DNA of 40,201 nt. It comes from Octopus bimaculoides (Eukaryota). Location of the stretch: the NCBI RefSeq assembly GCF_001194135.2, contig NC_068981.1:36530912-36571112 (forward strand), read 5' to 3'. The translations under genes were made by a program, and so were the position numbers. Position 1 is the first letter of the stretch, and the number at the start of each line of letters is the position of its first letter. Shown piece after piece: positions 1 to 10,940 of this stretch. The notes beneath the pieces were generated by a model. It was not told the DNA's origin. It saw only the letters and a list, made by a program, of their open reading frames with translations, and did not search any database.

Positions 1-37
<37 letters not shown>

Positions 38-163
38 TATATCAGAGGAAAAAGAACAACAAAAACCAAGGCAGGATGAGTATCTCAAGTCATTTAGAAT
101 ATTTAATTAGAGTAAGGTGAATTGTAAGTAATTGATTAATCAATTAGTTAATTAACTATTGGA

Positions 164-241
164 TGTTTTACACCTGTTTCTGGAATATCCCAAGTGATAG
201 GTTAGCATCTCCATACACTGGGTATTTTGTCATCAGAGACA
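164..241 (-). ncRNA. Type I hammerhead ribozyme-like motif (Penelope-type, extended stem II)
   Basis: Minus strand reads TGTCT-CTGATGA-[CAAAATACCCAGTG...CACTTGGGATATTCCA]-GAAA-CA-GG-TGTA-AAACA. CUGAUGA and GAAA cores are intact, stem II can form (AATA-CCCA-GTG/CAC-T-TGGG-A-TATT), stem III is ACA-GG-UGU, the cleavage triplet is GUA and stem I pairs 4/5. Folded by eye only. Confidence 0.6.
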
Positions 242-320
242 AGGTGACTATGTATGATAGTTCTAGATAGGGAATTATAAAAGAATAAAATAGTAGATAG
301 AAGAATGAAGAGTAAAAGAG

Positions 321-464
321 TAGATAGAAGAATTCAGACAGGAGAATAAACTTCATAGCCCATCATTATTATGTATGAACTTTATTATGCATGAACTTTA
401 TTCTCCTGAACTTTATTCTCTTCATTATGTATGAACTTTATTCTCCTGTCTATTCTTCTGTCTA
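321..464. repeat. Short foldback: ~36-bp imperfect inverted arms around direct repeats of TATGAACTTTATT(CTC)
   Basis: 321-357 TAGATAGAAGAATTCAGACAGGAGAATAAACTTCATA resembles the reverse complement of 430-464. The spacer holds repeated GAACTTTATT units. Confidence 0.65.
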
Positions 465-479
465 TGATTCTCTATGACT

Positions 480-1050
480 AAGTGGGATTGTAGCATAAAG
501 CTTCTTCTGAGTGGGAGGAAGCTTTATGTTATGGGATGAGGGGTTTAAGTAAGAGAAAAGGGACCAGGATAGAATAGGTTTCTTGCTGTAGAGGAGATAC
601 TCACAATATAGAAGACATGGTGTGTGTGGTTGTAGTGGAACTGAAAAAAGATACAAATGGTGGCGCTGAGTTGTGAGACTGGACCATCAAGATATGAAAT
701 AAGTAGAAATGAGTGGGAACAGGAGAAAAGGTTGTGAGAGTGGGCAGTGGTTGCAGGAGTGTATGAAAGAGTGAGAGAGGGTTAGAGATGGAGAATGGGT
801 GAGAGAGTAAATATTATAAGTAACAGGTGTTGAGAGATGATAAATAGAGAAAGTAGGGAATAGTAGGCAACAAAAATTTGCCTCTCATCTGTTACGTAAG
901 TTGGAGTAGGGGAGAGGAGTTCACTGAAAGGGGGATGAGTAGAAGAGGGAAGTATAGCAGAATAGTACCGATAATAACGATAGTATACAAGGAAAGAAAC
1001 ATGAGTGTAGAGAGGTAGAGAGAGTAGGGGAGATGTACGGTGGTGGAAGA
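480..1050 (-). mobile_element. Decayed RTE-family 3' UTR (C/T-rich segment)
   Basis: The reverse complement contains GTATCTCCTCTACAGCAAGAAACCT, matching GTATCTTCTCTACAGCAAGACACCT at ~34260, which lies upstream of an RTE tail. Same purine/pyrimidine skew as 38280-38870. Confidence 0.5.
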
Positions 1051-1074
1051 TATATATATATATATATATATATA

Positions 1075-1284
1075 NNNNNNNNNNNNNNNNNNNNNNNNNN
1101 NNNNNNNNNNNNNNNNNNNNNNNNNNNNNNNNNNNNNNNNNNNNNNNNNNNNNNNNNNNNNNNNNNNNNNNNNNNNNNNNNNNNNNNNNNNNNNNNNNNN
1201 NNNNNNNNNNNNNNNNNNNNNNNNNNNNNNNNNNNNNNNNNNNNNNNNNNNNNNNNNNNNNNNNNNNNNNNNNNNNNNNNNNNN
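1075..1284. other. Assembly gap (N run) in (TA)n
   Basis: N run flanked by TA repeats, followed by (GA)n(CA)n at ~1290-1348. Confidence 0.99.
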
Positions 1285-1332
<48 letters not shown>

Positions 1333-2585
1333 CACACACACACACACATATCAAACACTGGTACATGCCTGATAAATACACCTACTGTTACATATTCATA
1401 CTCACTGTCACATATCCATTATTTTTGATAAAGTAGCTAAGTAGTGAAAAGTTAATGTGGTTAGCAACAGAACTTGTATTCAAAAGTTTAAAACTCACTA
1501 TATCAATTATCTTCTACTCCAAGGTAGTGTACTTTGTGTTTGTTTCAAGGGTGGGTGCTTGTTTTCTGGTTACAATTACATTAAGTGAATATATAAGCAA
1601 ATCTTTCCCTGAATGGAACATTAGTCAATAGCAGCTATATTTCTCACCGAAAGATTTGAACTCAGCAGTATAAGTAAAAAAAGAAAAAAAGCATTCATTA
1701 TGATACAGCTTACATCATTGCAACATACAGTCCTGCACGCTGACTTGACCTAGTAGGCTTAGCCATTAAAAATTAAGTGGATTCCTGTAATGAGAGTGAC
1801 ACAAGACAAAGTGTCAACCTCTTAGGAAATCATTTTGATACTGTATTGACTTACTGAAGATAAAGGAAACATCTGCTGTGAAATATAATTAATTAAATTG
1901 GATCAAAGTTTTTATGTATTAATTCAACTTAATGATTATACTGAGTTAGCATCTATTAATGTTTCACAATGTTCTACTTATAAACTACTAGAACATGGGT
2001 TATGCTTCCAATGACCGATAGAATTCTCACTGATAAAGAACCAGCATTATTGTATTCAAAGTGAATATCAGCATTTAGAAATGATTTATGATTATGAAAG
2101 CTAAGTGATATTCAGTCAAATAATAACCAGTCTGTTGCTAATCAAATTAACTTTCACTGTATGTGTTAGAGACTCCACTGTTACTGAATATGAATGAGCC
2201 AGACAGAACAACATATTTATCTCTCTATTCGCTTCTTATAGATTTGTTTCAATCATTTAATCCATAAATAAGTAATGACCCATTAAGTATACTGTATATC
2301 AGAAAATAAATATTGCTTAAATGAGATATGTTTTGCAATTGTTTTTTTTTTAAGGATAAAACAGGAATTGTATAATAGCTCAATATAGTCTCAAAGAATA
2401 ATAAGGGTCTTAGATAGAAGAATTTTCTGTGAACTGGTAAAATCTCTAGATATGGGATATTTTGGTGCTATTGTTGTCTAGCAAACCATGATAATAATTT
2501 TACCTTGTGGCAGAATGTAGTCGTCTGTTTTCCTGCAGTTAATCAGATACTTTAATTGAGCAATAAACATTCTAAATGTTGTTGC

Positions 2586-3505
2586 ATGAAGTGGTATCAA
2601 AAAGTTCCTGAACTAGTTATGTTTAATAAACAATCACTTATTTACATAAGTCTTAACATCATCTCCTTCGAAATAGTCACCTTGTGCAGCAATACACTGG
2701 TTCCAGCATTCCTGTTACTTTTAGAATCTGGCCTGGAAGTAATTTTCCACAAGCAAGTCAAGGACCTTCTGCAATTCTCTCTGAATGAGGACAACAGTGT
2801 TAAAATAGTGATCTTTGAGTTGCCTTTTCATCTTGGGAAAGAGATGGAAGCCTGCAGGTGCTAAATCTGGTAAATCAGGTGGGTGCAGAAGAAATTACCA
2901 TGTTTTTGATGAGAAACTCATGAGTGAGGAGAGATTGGTGATAGGGTGCATTGTTGCTGTAAAAAATTCAATTTTTTGTGCTCCATAGATCCAATCACTT
3001 GTGACGAATTTCTTCCCTCAAATGTTTCAAAACGTTGCAGTAGAATTCTTGATTGATGATCTGATCCTGGGGGACAAATTATCAATGCACAATACCTCAC
3101 TTCCGGGGGTGATGCTCATTGTAGGTTTTCCAGATTGCTCATCATCTTCCAGGAACCTTCTTCCACTGTTGAAGCATCTGTGCCATTCAAAATATTGTGT
3201 ACGACTCAATTACCTCTTACTGTAAGCTTGCCAAAGCATTCTCAATGTCTCTGTAGCAGACTTCCCAAATTTGATGCAAAATATTATGTTGGTTCCTTGC
3301 TCCTGTCCATAACAAAACTGCAGACTACAGCATCCAAGTGATCACAAAGACACAAATTTCACAACTTACGAAGTAAACACACTGATGTCAATTGGCACAC
3401 TGCCTCATGAAGGTCACTGCTAGCTCTCACTGTGCATGCAACCATGTGCTGCCATCTGTTGGCACACTATGGAACTAGTCCAGGAACATTTTGATACCAT
3501 CTTTA
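2586..3505 (-). mobile_element. Mariner DNA transposon remnant with terminal inverted repeats
   Basis: TIRs 2592-2618 TGGTATCAAAAAGTTCCTGAACTAGTT versus the reverse complement of 3473-3499 (25/27 identical). Minus-strand peptide MSRTQYFEWHRCFNSGRRFLEDDEQSGKP matches the mariner HTH motif W..RF..GR.SLEDD.RSGRP. Stops and frameshifts present. Confidence 0.9.
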
Positions 3506-4451
3506 AGTGTAGCATTGTTTAATATATGTTACATGTAATATGCTGGATTAGATATATCTTGATAGGTCTGAAAGAAGAGTTTTGGACCAGTTATGTTGAG
3601 TAGTAAATTAACTGGTCGCTTAGGCAGCAGGATTCCTATGCAAAGAATATGTGTTAGCATAATCAATGAGTCAGAATGTTCTTGAGTTATTAAGCTAAGT
3701 TACTAGGCTAAGCTTTATGAGATATTCCATCTCATAAAACATTCTTTGTCACTTTAAAAGTGTTACCTAAATCTTATATGCCAAGTATAAAACTTAAATT
3801 TGATTTATAGCTCACACCATCGATAAGTTTAAAATTCTATACATGGCATGTAAAACATCTTTGCATCTTTTGTAATTTTTTTAAAGTTTCAGAGGTCATG
3901 TTAGTAGTTTTATCATGCATTTTATATGCTGATAGGTGCAAAAGTGAAACTTGTTTCTAATCAATAAGTTATGCTGTTGTATAACCCTTTTCATAATAAC
4001 TTGTCTGAAACCACTTCTACTTCTATAATGGAAAAACTTGCATTTTAAAGTGCTCATGCTTAAATTAAAATCTTGCATCAGAGATTTATCTTAAAACCAT
4101 TTTTGCTAAGTAATAAACACTAGCTTAATAAAAAAATTTTCTCATTTCATTTAATTTTTCCGAATTCTTGATTACTTTCAAGACTAATTAAACCACACAG
4201 CCAGTGTATTTCATGAGAAATGCATTCACAAAAGCCAATGTTAGCTCTTGACCTATGATCAAAATTATCTGTGCTATAACTACCACATATTTTTCTTACA
4301 TACTTTATCCAGAGCTACCCTATCCAATTTTTCCTCTTTCTAAGAAATGTGAATATTTTACAGGAATATTTTACTGCTATTTTTGTATATTGAGTGACTT
4401 TTTTTTACATATTTAGTACTACACTATCCAATATGTCCTTTCTATTTTTAG

Positions 4452-4495
4452 ATGGCTGGATGTGCTATTTATTGAATATTGAGCAAAAGCTGGAG
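4452..4495 (+). CDS. Possible short coding exon of unidentified host gene (xGWMCYLLNIEQKLE)
   Basis: Strong acceptor CCTTTCTATTTTTAG but weak donor GAG|GTTTCC. It ends in phase 0, compatible with the 8634 exon. Could be chance. Confidence 0.2.
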
Positions 4496-5459
4496 GTTTC
4501 CTTAGCAAACAAGATATAGAGCAGAGTTTTTTTTTATCAAATTCTTGTAAAGTATCTCTTTTTCCCAACTGATATTTCATAAAAGCTCCTTCAATTATTT
4601 TGAAAAGAAAAAGCAATCATTTTAATCAAACAAAAGCTGATTTTGTGTGTAGTGGGTTCTTATCCATATGTTCTCATACTCATCCGGCAGGTGTTCCTTT
4701 TCATATATTTGCATGATAGGGAGTCACACTTGCTATGTTAAATTTTTATGGAAATTACTAAAACACTTGAGGGGTTATATGATGAAATTATATTGGAACC
4801 TGGTGCATCATCGATCATGTTTCTGTTCACTGAAGGCTCAATGTCCTACTCCTGTTCTAATCTTGATAAAATCTTTTTAGAATATATGTTAAAAGAATAA
4901 GTATTGTACTTGGTTTAAATCTTTTATTTTTAAGAAAAATCATGACCCTATAAAAACCTAGTGCCCTGAAAATGTACTCTTTTGATATTTTCTCCTTCTT
5001 GTGAATTCACATTATTTCCAACTGGGTGCTACTGCTATGTTAAAAGCCACTTGTTGGCTCAAAACTCTGTAATGCTTTGTATCAATGTGAATATTTTAAA
5101 ACATAAAAAGCAGACCTCAAGGGACATATTAACTATTCACTGGATCTTCAAGCTTTCATAATTTCGTTTTCTAGATTGGTTTGTGTCTTTGAGACCTTTT
5201 AGCTCTAAGTTTTAAGTCACTAGCCACCAACCTTTGTTGAGTTGTACACCTGATTAATTATTTATATTATTTCTAAATATGAAATTTTGGATTCAACTGG
5301 TGAATGAGTATATTATTTGCAAGAGAAGATGGGGTTTATTCATTTTATAGCCTTTGCCTTGATATGTTTTTATTACCAGAATTCTTTTGAACTGAGACTA
5401 TATAGTTTTCCACACACAAAATTCATATTCTTTAAAATTCCACCAAATAGACGATCAAA

Positions 5460-5760
5460 TAGGAATTGACATATGAGAGGAACACATGGAGGATTCGCCT
5501 GAGTGAAAGTCGGCTAAAAACCATGAGCTGGTAGAGCAGTGCAGAAGTCAAGGCTAGCAGGTGCACTGCAAACCAGTTGTGATAGGCTGCCTGGGTTTTG
5601 TTGGGTACTCACTCTGCAAAGTTCTCACTGGGCTTGTAGTTACTAGTGTAGCAAAGAGGAGAGCCATACATTCCATCAGGCCACTAAAGATGGCTTTGGA
5701 CAAAGAGAGCAGACCAGTGGTTTGCTGCTACTGGGATGCAAGCAGGGACTTAATCAAATA
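5460..5760 (+). mobile_element. 3' fragment of an R2-group (HERO/NeSL-like) non-LTR retrotransposon, restriction-like endonuclease C-terminus
   Basis: Frame through 5474-5680: *EEHMEDSPE*KSAKNHELVEQCRSQG*QVHCKPVVIGCLGFVGYSLCKVLTGLVVTSVAKRRAI. This matches the REL consensus WEE.MEEA.ERK.AKY.ELV.QCR..GW...C.PVEVGCRGF.G.SL. Three stops replace conserved W/R codons. Confidence 0.8.
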
Positions 5761-5829
5761 GTTGCCTCATAGAATAACTCATTGATAAAGAGAAATGAGA
5801 ATGTGTTATATGTATAGCCATTGTGATAT

Positions 5830-5980
5830 GAGAGATAGATTGATAGATAGATAAATAGATAGATAGATAGAGATAGAGAGAGAGAGAGTATGTGAGAGAG
5901 AGGGAGAGAAAGAGGAAAAGAGATAGATAGATAGATAGAGAGAAAGAGATAGAGAGAAAGAGAGAGAGAGAGAGAGAGAG
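5830..5980. repeat. Compound (GATA)n/(GA)n microsatellite
   Basis: Direct reading. Confidence 0.95.
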
Positions 5981-6305
5981 TAAATAACTGAATTGAAAGG
6001 ATACCTGTTGGACAACCACGGAGCAGTCATTGGCTTGTTTCCTCTCATTGGCACTACTATGTTGTTGAAATACTTAACTTTCCCCAGCAGGATTTACATA
6101 GACTGATAGATTGTAAACACATCTACTTCTTCCGTGACTTTCCAAACTCTTTGATCCACCAACAGCACTTAAGGAGATGGGAAAAAGTTATTAACCTATT
6201 GAGTAATTCTGGTGAAAACAAAAGGTTGGGGAGACAACCACAAAAGTTAAATGAATTCAAAATAGAATGGAAGAGAGGGTCTGATCTTTGGCAGTATGAT
6301 GACAG

Positions 6306-6346
6306 CTTCGAACATGTTTCAGTCTTATTAGATCTCATCAGTGAAG
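6306..6346 (-). ncRNA. Minimal type I hammerhead ribozyme-like motif (Penelope-type)
   Basis: Minus strand: CTTCA-CTGATGA-GATCT-AATA-AGACT-GAAA-CATG-TT-CGAAG. Both cores are intact, stem III is palindromic (AACATGTT), stem I is CTTC(A)/(C)GAAG and the triplet is GUU. Confidence 0.65.
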
Positions 6347-7099
6347 AATAATTTAAACCATTACTACCAAGACTTACTGCAGTATTGATTTCAAATATAT
6401 TTATTGGAAGGCATTATTTTATGTGTGTGTGTAAAGTTGATTTATAATACCTACATAATATAAATGCAATGTACTTGCTGTTTGGAATGATGCGTTCTCT
6501 CATTTATTATACTTGAGGCACTGGCCTTTAATATACTCATTGGAAAGCATTATTTACTTTATGTGGTGAATTGATGTACCCTGCTTTTATGAAGTGCAAT
6601 GTTTTTGTTATTTAGAGGGATACAATCTCCCATATTATATACAATTATTTTTAGCTGCCATAAAATGCCATATTTGGGGATAGCATTTCCTGATATTGAT
6701 TATGAAAGTGATTATGAGAGTAAATCTGAGCATTACTGCAAAGCTGTCATAATATTCTTTGTATACATCCTATGCCATGTAATAAAATAGGATTTCATGA
6801 AATTTATTTCACAACAGCCATAAAAATTCTAAAAATATATTTTCTGTATTAAAGAGTTAAGCCCAGTTATTTTAATTATTAATTTATTTCATATTTGAAT
6901 GTGCAGTTATGATATGGCCAAGTAGATAAAACATTGAATTGCCAATAATTTATGAGTCTTGAGTTCATATTTATTTAAACAGTACATTTTATTTTATATA
7001 CAACAGTAACCCCTCTCTGTCTGGAATTACTATTTCCTTTCCCATCTTTTACTTAGTGTTGAGTAAATACTTATTACTGATTTCCAAAGGGATGAGATG

Positions 7100-7610
7100 C
7101 AAAATTTCATTTTGATAAGATGCTATTCAACTGCCAGGAATTTTTTTCACCCATTTAACCACTCATTATTATCTATCCCTCCTCCATACTTCCATGCTTC
7201 CATCAATTCTCTTTCGATGCTTCCATCAATCACTTTGCTTCCATTATCACACTGTTTCAGAATGCATAATCAAGTGGTGAAGACTCTCTGATTTTATGAG
7301 GTATGAATCTAATCCAGTCATAGTGTTGATGCCACTATAATTCAGCCTATAACACTCTGTAAAGTGGCTGAAGAGCATGTAGAATGATGGGTCAAAGGGT
7401 CCCTGCAGTTCTGTCAAGGACATGGTAATCCTCTCTAGTGCTAGTGATATAATAAAATGCATATGCAGGGCACTCTGGCAAGTGTGGAGCCAAAGAGACT
7501 CTAATCTTGTTGATGATATGACAATCTCTCTAGTGCATCAAGGACACACTGAAAGGTGGTTGGTGTTAAGAAGGGCAGTCAACTATAGAACCAAGTAAAA
7601 AATTAAAAGC
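7100..7610 (+). mobile_element. Old RTE-family 3' UTR/tail fragment
   Basis: Ends in ACACACTGAAAGGTGGTTGGTGTTAAGAAGGGCAGTCAACTATAGAACC, a diverged version of the RTE tail at 25240-25290. Confidence 0.5.
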
Positions 7611-7695
7611 TAGAAGCAAATCTGCACTTGGTTATATGTTTTTCATGCAAAAGCTATCCTAAGGAAATTTTCTAATGTTATTTTCTTAATCTTCA

Positions 7696-7849
7696 GACAT
7701 GGCTGTGTGCTTAACAAGCTTGCTTTACAAACCATGTGTTTTTCGGCTCACTCCTTTCAGCTGCGTGCAACTTAGGATAAGCATTTTCAACTATAGCCCT
7801 GGGCTGTGAGAATTTCTTGATGGTAACTGTTCAAAAGCTTGCCATACAC

Positions 7850-7926
<77 letters not shown>
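7696..7926 (+). mobile_element. SINE family A head (tRNA-like plus core) running into (TG)n
   Basis: ATGGCTGTGTGCTTAACAAGCTTGCTTTACAAACCATGTG matches the family head seen antisense at 16200-16278 and 25500-25585. (TG)n at ~7853-7926. Confidence 0.75.
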
Positions 7927-7928
<2 letters not shown>

Positions 7929-8633
7929 TTTCACTGCTTTACTAGACTTAAATTAAATATTGTAGTAAATTTGATTGCTTAAATCTTTCAATGTAGTATC
8001 TCAGCATGGCCACAGAAACAATAGAAGAATGGTTGTTGTAACATTATTATCTATAGTGTAGTAGGAGATTATACATTCATAAGTGGTGGGAATCTTTTAT
8101 GTATTCATACACTGTATTTGATTGGCACTTATTTTATAAATCACTACATGGAACAAAGTGAAATTGATGCAATAAAATTACAAAAGGGATCTTGCTAAAT
8201 CTTGCAAAACATCATATTCTGTGCGTTATCAATTCTTTCAATCACCTGTCTTAAGTTAATATTACTTTTGCTGTAGTTTAGCTCTAGATAAATTCTTATC
8301 AAGCAAACTTAGAATCCAAAGTGTTCCAGATGTGAGCTTCCTTGTCTTTTGTTTTCTTTTTCAAGTTTGCAATGTGTTCTTTTTTATTAAGAGAGTAGGA
8401 TGTAAGTTGTGAGATTTGGCTGTGTAGAGGTTCATTCATTGTTTCAGCCCTTATCCAGTTGTTATTAAAATTGGGAGGTAAAACAATGTATCCTCTTAAG
8501 TAGAAGCAAGCAAGATGTTAGCCAAGTTCACAACAGGCTTTTGGTTCCTGATCAAAATCATTTCCATTTATGTTATTATGAGAATGCCTTTCAGAAATTG
8601 CAAATGTGACACCATTGTATTTCATTTCTTTAG

Positions 8634-8716
8634 AATTCTGTGGTCTTGTGCTTGTATAACTTGACAGAAGAAAACAAGGATGCATGGTCAATTGAATTGA
8701 CATCAGCATATTACAG
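8634..8716 (+). CDS. Candidate internal coding exon of unidentified host gene (NSVVLCLYNLTEENKDAWSIELTSAYY-R/S)
   Basis: Acceptor ATTTCATTTCTTTAG, donor CAG|GTAATC, 83 bp, exactly one open frame (phase 0 to 2), in non-repetitive sequence. Peptide not recognised. Confidence 0.45.
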
Positions 8717-9649
8717 GTAATCATTTTATTAACTTTGAGAGAAAGAAATCAATATTCATAACATAAAACTACATTATTCTCTCTATTTCTAGAATTTCTA
8801 GAAAGAATTAAAAGAGAGAAAATGTTATGAAGATTCCATTAACAAATATCTTTTTAAAGAACAACCTATTTATTTCATGGTTCAGATATTTTGAAAAAGA
8901 AAAATAAATTGTTTTCTTTTATCCACTACTAGTTATTTAGTTGTGTGGATTGCATGTAAGAACCCAAAACGTGTTTTCTTGTAATAATGTCAGTGAAATC
9001 AATTATTCTTTTGTCATCATTCATGTTACTGTTGATGATGATGATGATGATTCTGCTGTTGTTGTTGTAATGGCTGACTTGCTACTTGTTGTCTAAGCAG
9101 ATAATTCAATGGCTGATGGTATTGATTTTAGGAAGTGAAAAGTAAAAAAGAAAAAAAAGAACAGCAAGAAAAAAAAGAGTTAAAATGTTTTGCTAGAGAA
9201 AAACTTTAAGATAAATGTTCACAATGTCTTTTTTTTCTCTCATGTATTTCTTTCCAAGAACGAAATTAGTTCTAGAATAATAAACAGTACTAGCAGTAGT
9301 TTGTTAAAGAGGAATTTCTCTATGTTGAAAGCTGAAGAAAATGATGCACAAAAATATACTTAATGTTATATATTGTTGTTAGGCCATATGAAATATAACT
9401 TCTTTGAGTTCCTTCAATGAGTTCTATTTCAGCGACTTTTGTCAACTTCTCTATTAAGCAAAATACAATAATATATATTCATAATTTTTTCCTTTTTTTT
9501 TTGGTTTGACCAATGAAATAGAATGAAGCTCATAATATCATTTATTTTTCTATTTTTATAAGAACTTCTTTCAATTCATATTGATTTCTTTTGACAAGGA
9601 ATAAAACTAGCTTTTTTTTTCAAGGGGGCACTCACATCTAGAAAATTTA

Positions 9650-9765
9650 ATCAAACACTATTCCTGTTGATTCCTTTTTACTCACTCAATCTGGAATGAA
9701 TGGCAAAGTTGACCAGTGTAGTAGTTGAACTCAGAGGTATAGATTTGTTAAACCAAGGCTTCCAA
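9650..9765 (-). mobile_element. Old copy of SINE family B
   Basis: GAATGAATGGCAAAGTTGACC...TTGAACTCAGA resembles GAATGAAAGGCAAAATCGACC...TTTGAACTCAGA at 27125-27168. Confidence 0.5.
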
Positions 9766-10127
9766 TCTCATGATCTTCAGTTACATTTATCTTACTTTTT
9801 ATTTTCAAGAAATATGAGCCATTGTTTACATTATTTTAAGATATTTTAATCTTCATCTATTTTAAAGTAATATTTTAGATAAAAAATATTGTCAAAAATT
9901 TTCATTGAATTTCAAAGTATTCTTATTAACATAATGAATTAACAGAAATAAGAGGAATATTTTGTGATTGATATTATTAAAAAAAAAAAAAAAAATTTTG
10001 TTTGTACACTTCATATCAAAGTGTAAGAAGAGGATACATCATCATTATCATCATTGGCCATCATCATCATGATAATTTGATATAATTTTCTGGATGTGCC
10101 TTGTTTGAATAGGTCTTCTCTGGAACA

Positions 10128-10136
<9 letters not shown>

Positions 10137-10216
<80 letters not shown>
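10137..10216. repeat. (CA)n microsatellite
   Basis: Direct reading. Confidence 0.98.
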
Positions 10217-10217
<1 letters not shown>

Positions 10218-10221
<4 letters not shown>

Positions 10222-10306
10222 CCTGGTTCATTCCTACTGTGCAGCACCTTGTCTTGACCACTACCGTGTGAGTGGAATTTGGTAGCTAGAAACTGAATAT
10301 GTAAGT
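10218..10306 (+). mobile_element. Partial SINE family A head
   Basis: CCTGGTTCATTCCTACTGTGCAGCACCTTG...GTGAGTGGAATTTGGTAGCTAGAAACTGA matches the family A head/core end. Confidence 0.65.
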
Positions 10307-10850
10307 ATACAAGGAGTGTTCATTAAATATTTCCTCTGACTCACTTTGGATTATTGCAGGAAATGGAACTTGTACAAGTATAACTATACATGTCTCTACA
10401 TGTCACATTGTAAATTTCAGCTTTCCACTAGTATTCGTTTGTCTTTTACAGCTGCTGAAGTGGACTAAGGTGTTATAATGGAGGCAGTTGAATGCAGATC
10501 AGTGATCAGGTTCTTATACTTTTAAAGGTCATTCACTAAAAGAAATGAAAGAAGGTTATGGTGACGATGAACCATCATATGATGTAGTCAAGCACAGATA
10601 TCACCAGTTCAAATGTGTTCAGACATTGGTTAAAACTTCTCCTATTACTGGATGGTCACATTCTGCCATTGATGAGAACACCATCCATAAAGTAGAAGCT
10701 GCCATTTTGGAGGATCACCACATAACTATTTGGCAACTAGCCTAATAAGTGAAGATAAGCGTAGGGTCCAAGGAAAAAATAATTCACAAACATTTGCCTG
10801 TGCAGAAGTTGTCTGCACGATGGATTCCTCAGATGCTCACACCTTTTCTG
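10307..10850 (+). mobile_element. Mariner transposon 5' half (HTH region of transposase), truncated
   Basis: Starts TACAAGGAGTGTTCATTAAATATT (TIR-like, TA). Encodes MKEGYGDDEPSYDVVKH...AIDENTIHKVEAAILEDHHITIWQLA**VKISVGSKEKIIHKHL..QKLSARWIPQMLTP, with the mariner ARWIP/WVP motif. Confidence 0.9.
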
Positions 10851-10854
10851 AAGC

Positions 10855-10940
10855 TCTCTAGCTTACCAGTTCCAGTCAAACTATCTAACCCAGGCCAGCA
10901 TAGAAAGCAGATGTTAAATGATGATGATGATGATGATTGA
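10855..10940 (+). mobile_element. RTE-type 3' tail ending in (GAT)n
   Basis: CAGTCAAACTATCTAACCCAGGCCAGCATAGAAAGCAGATGTTAAATGATGATGAT. Confidence 0.8.
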
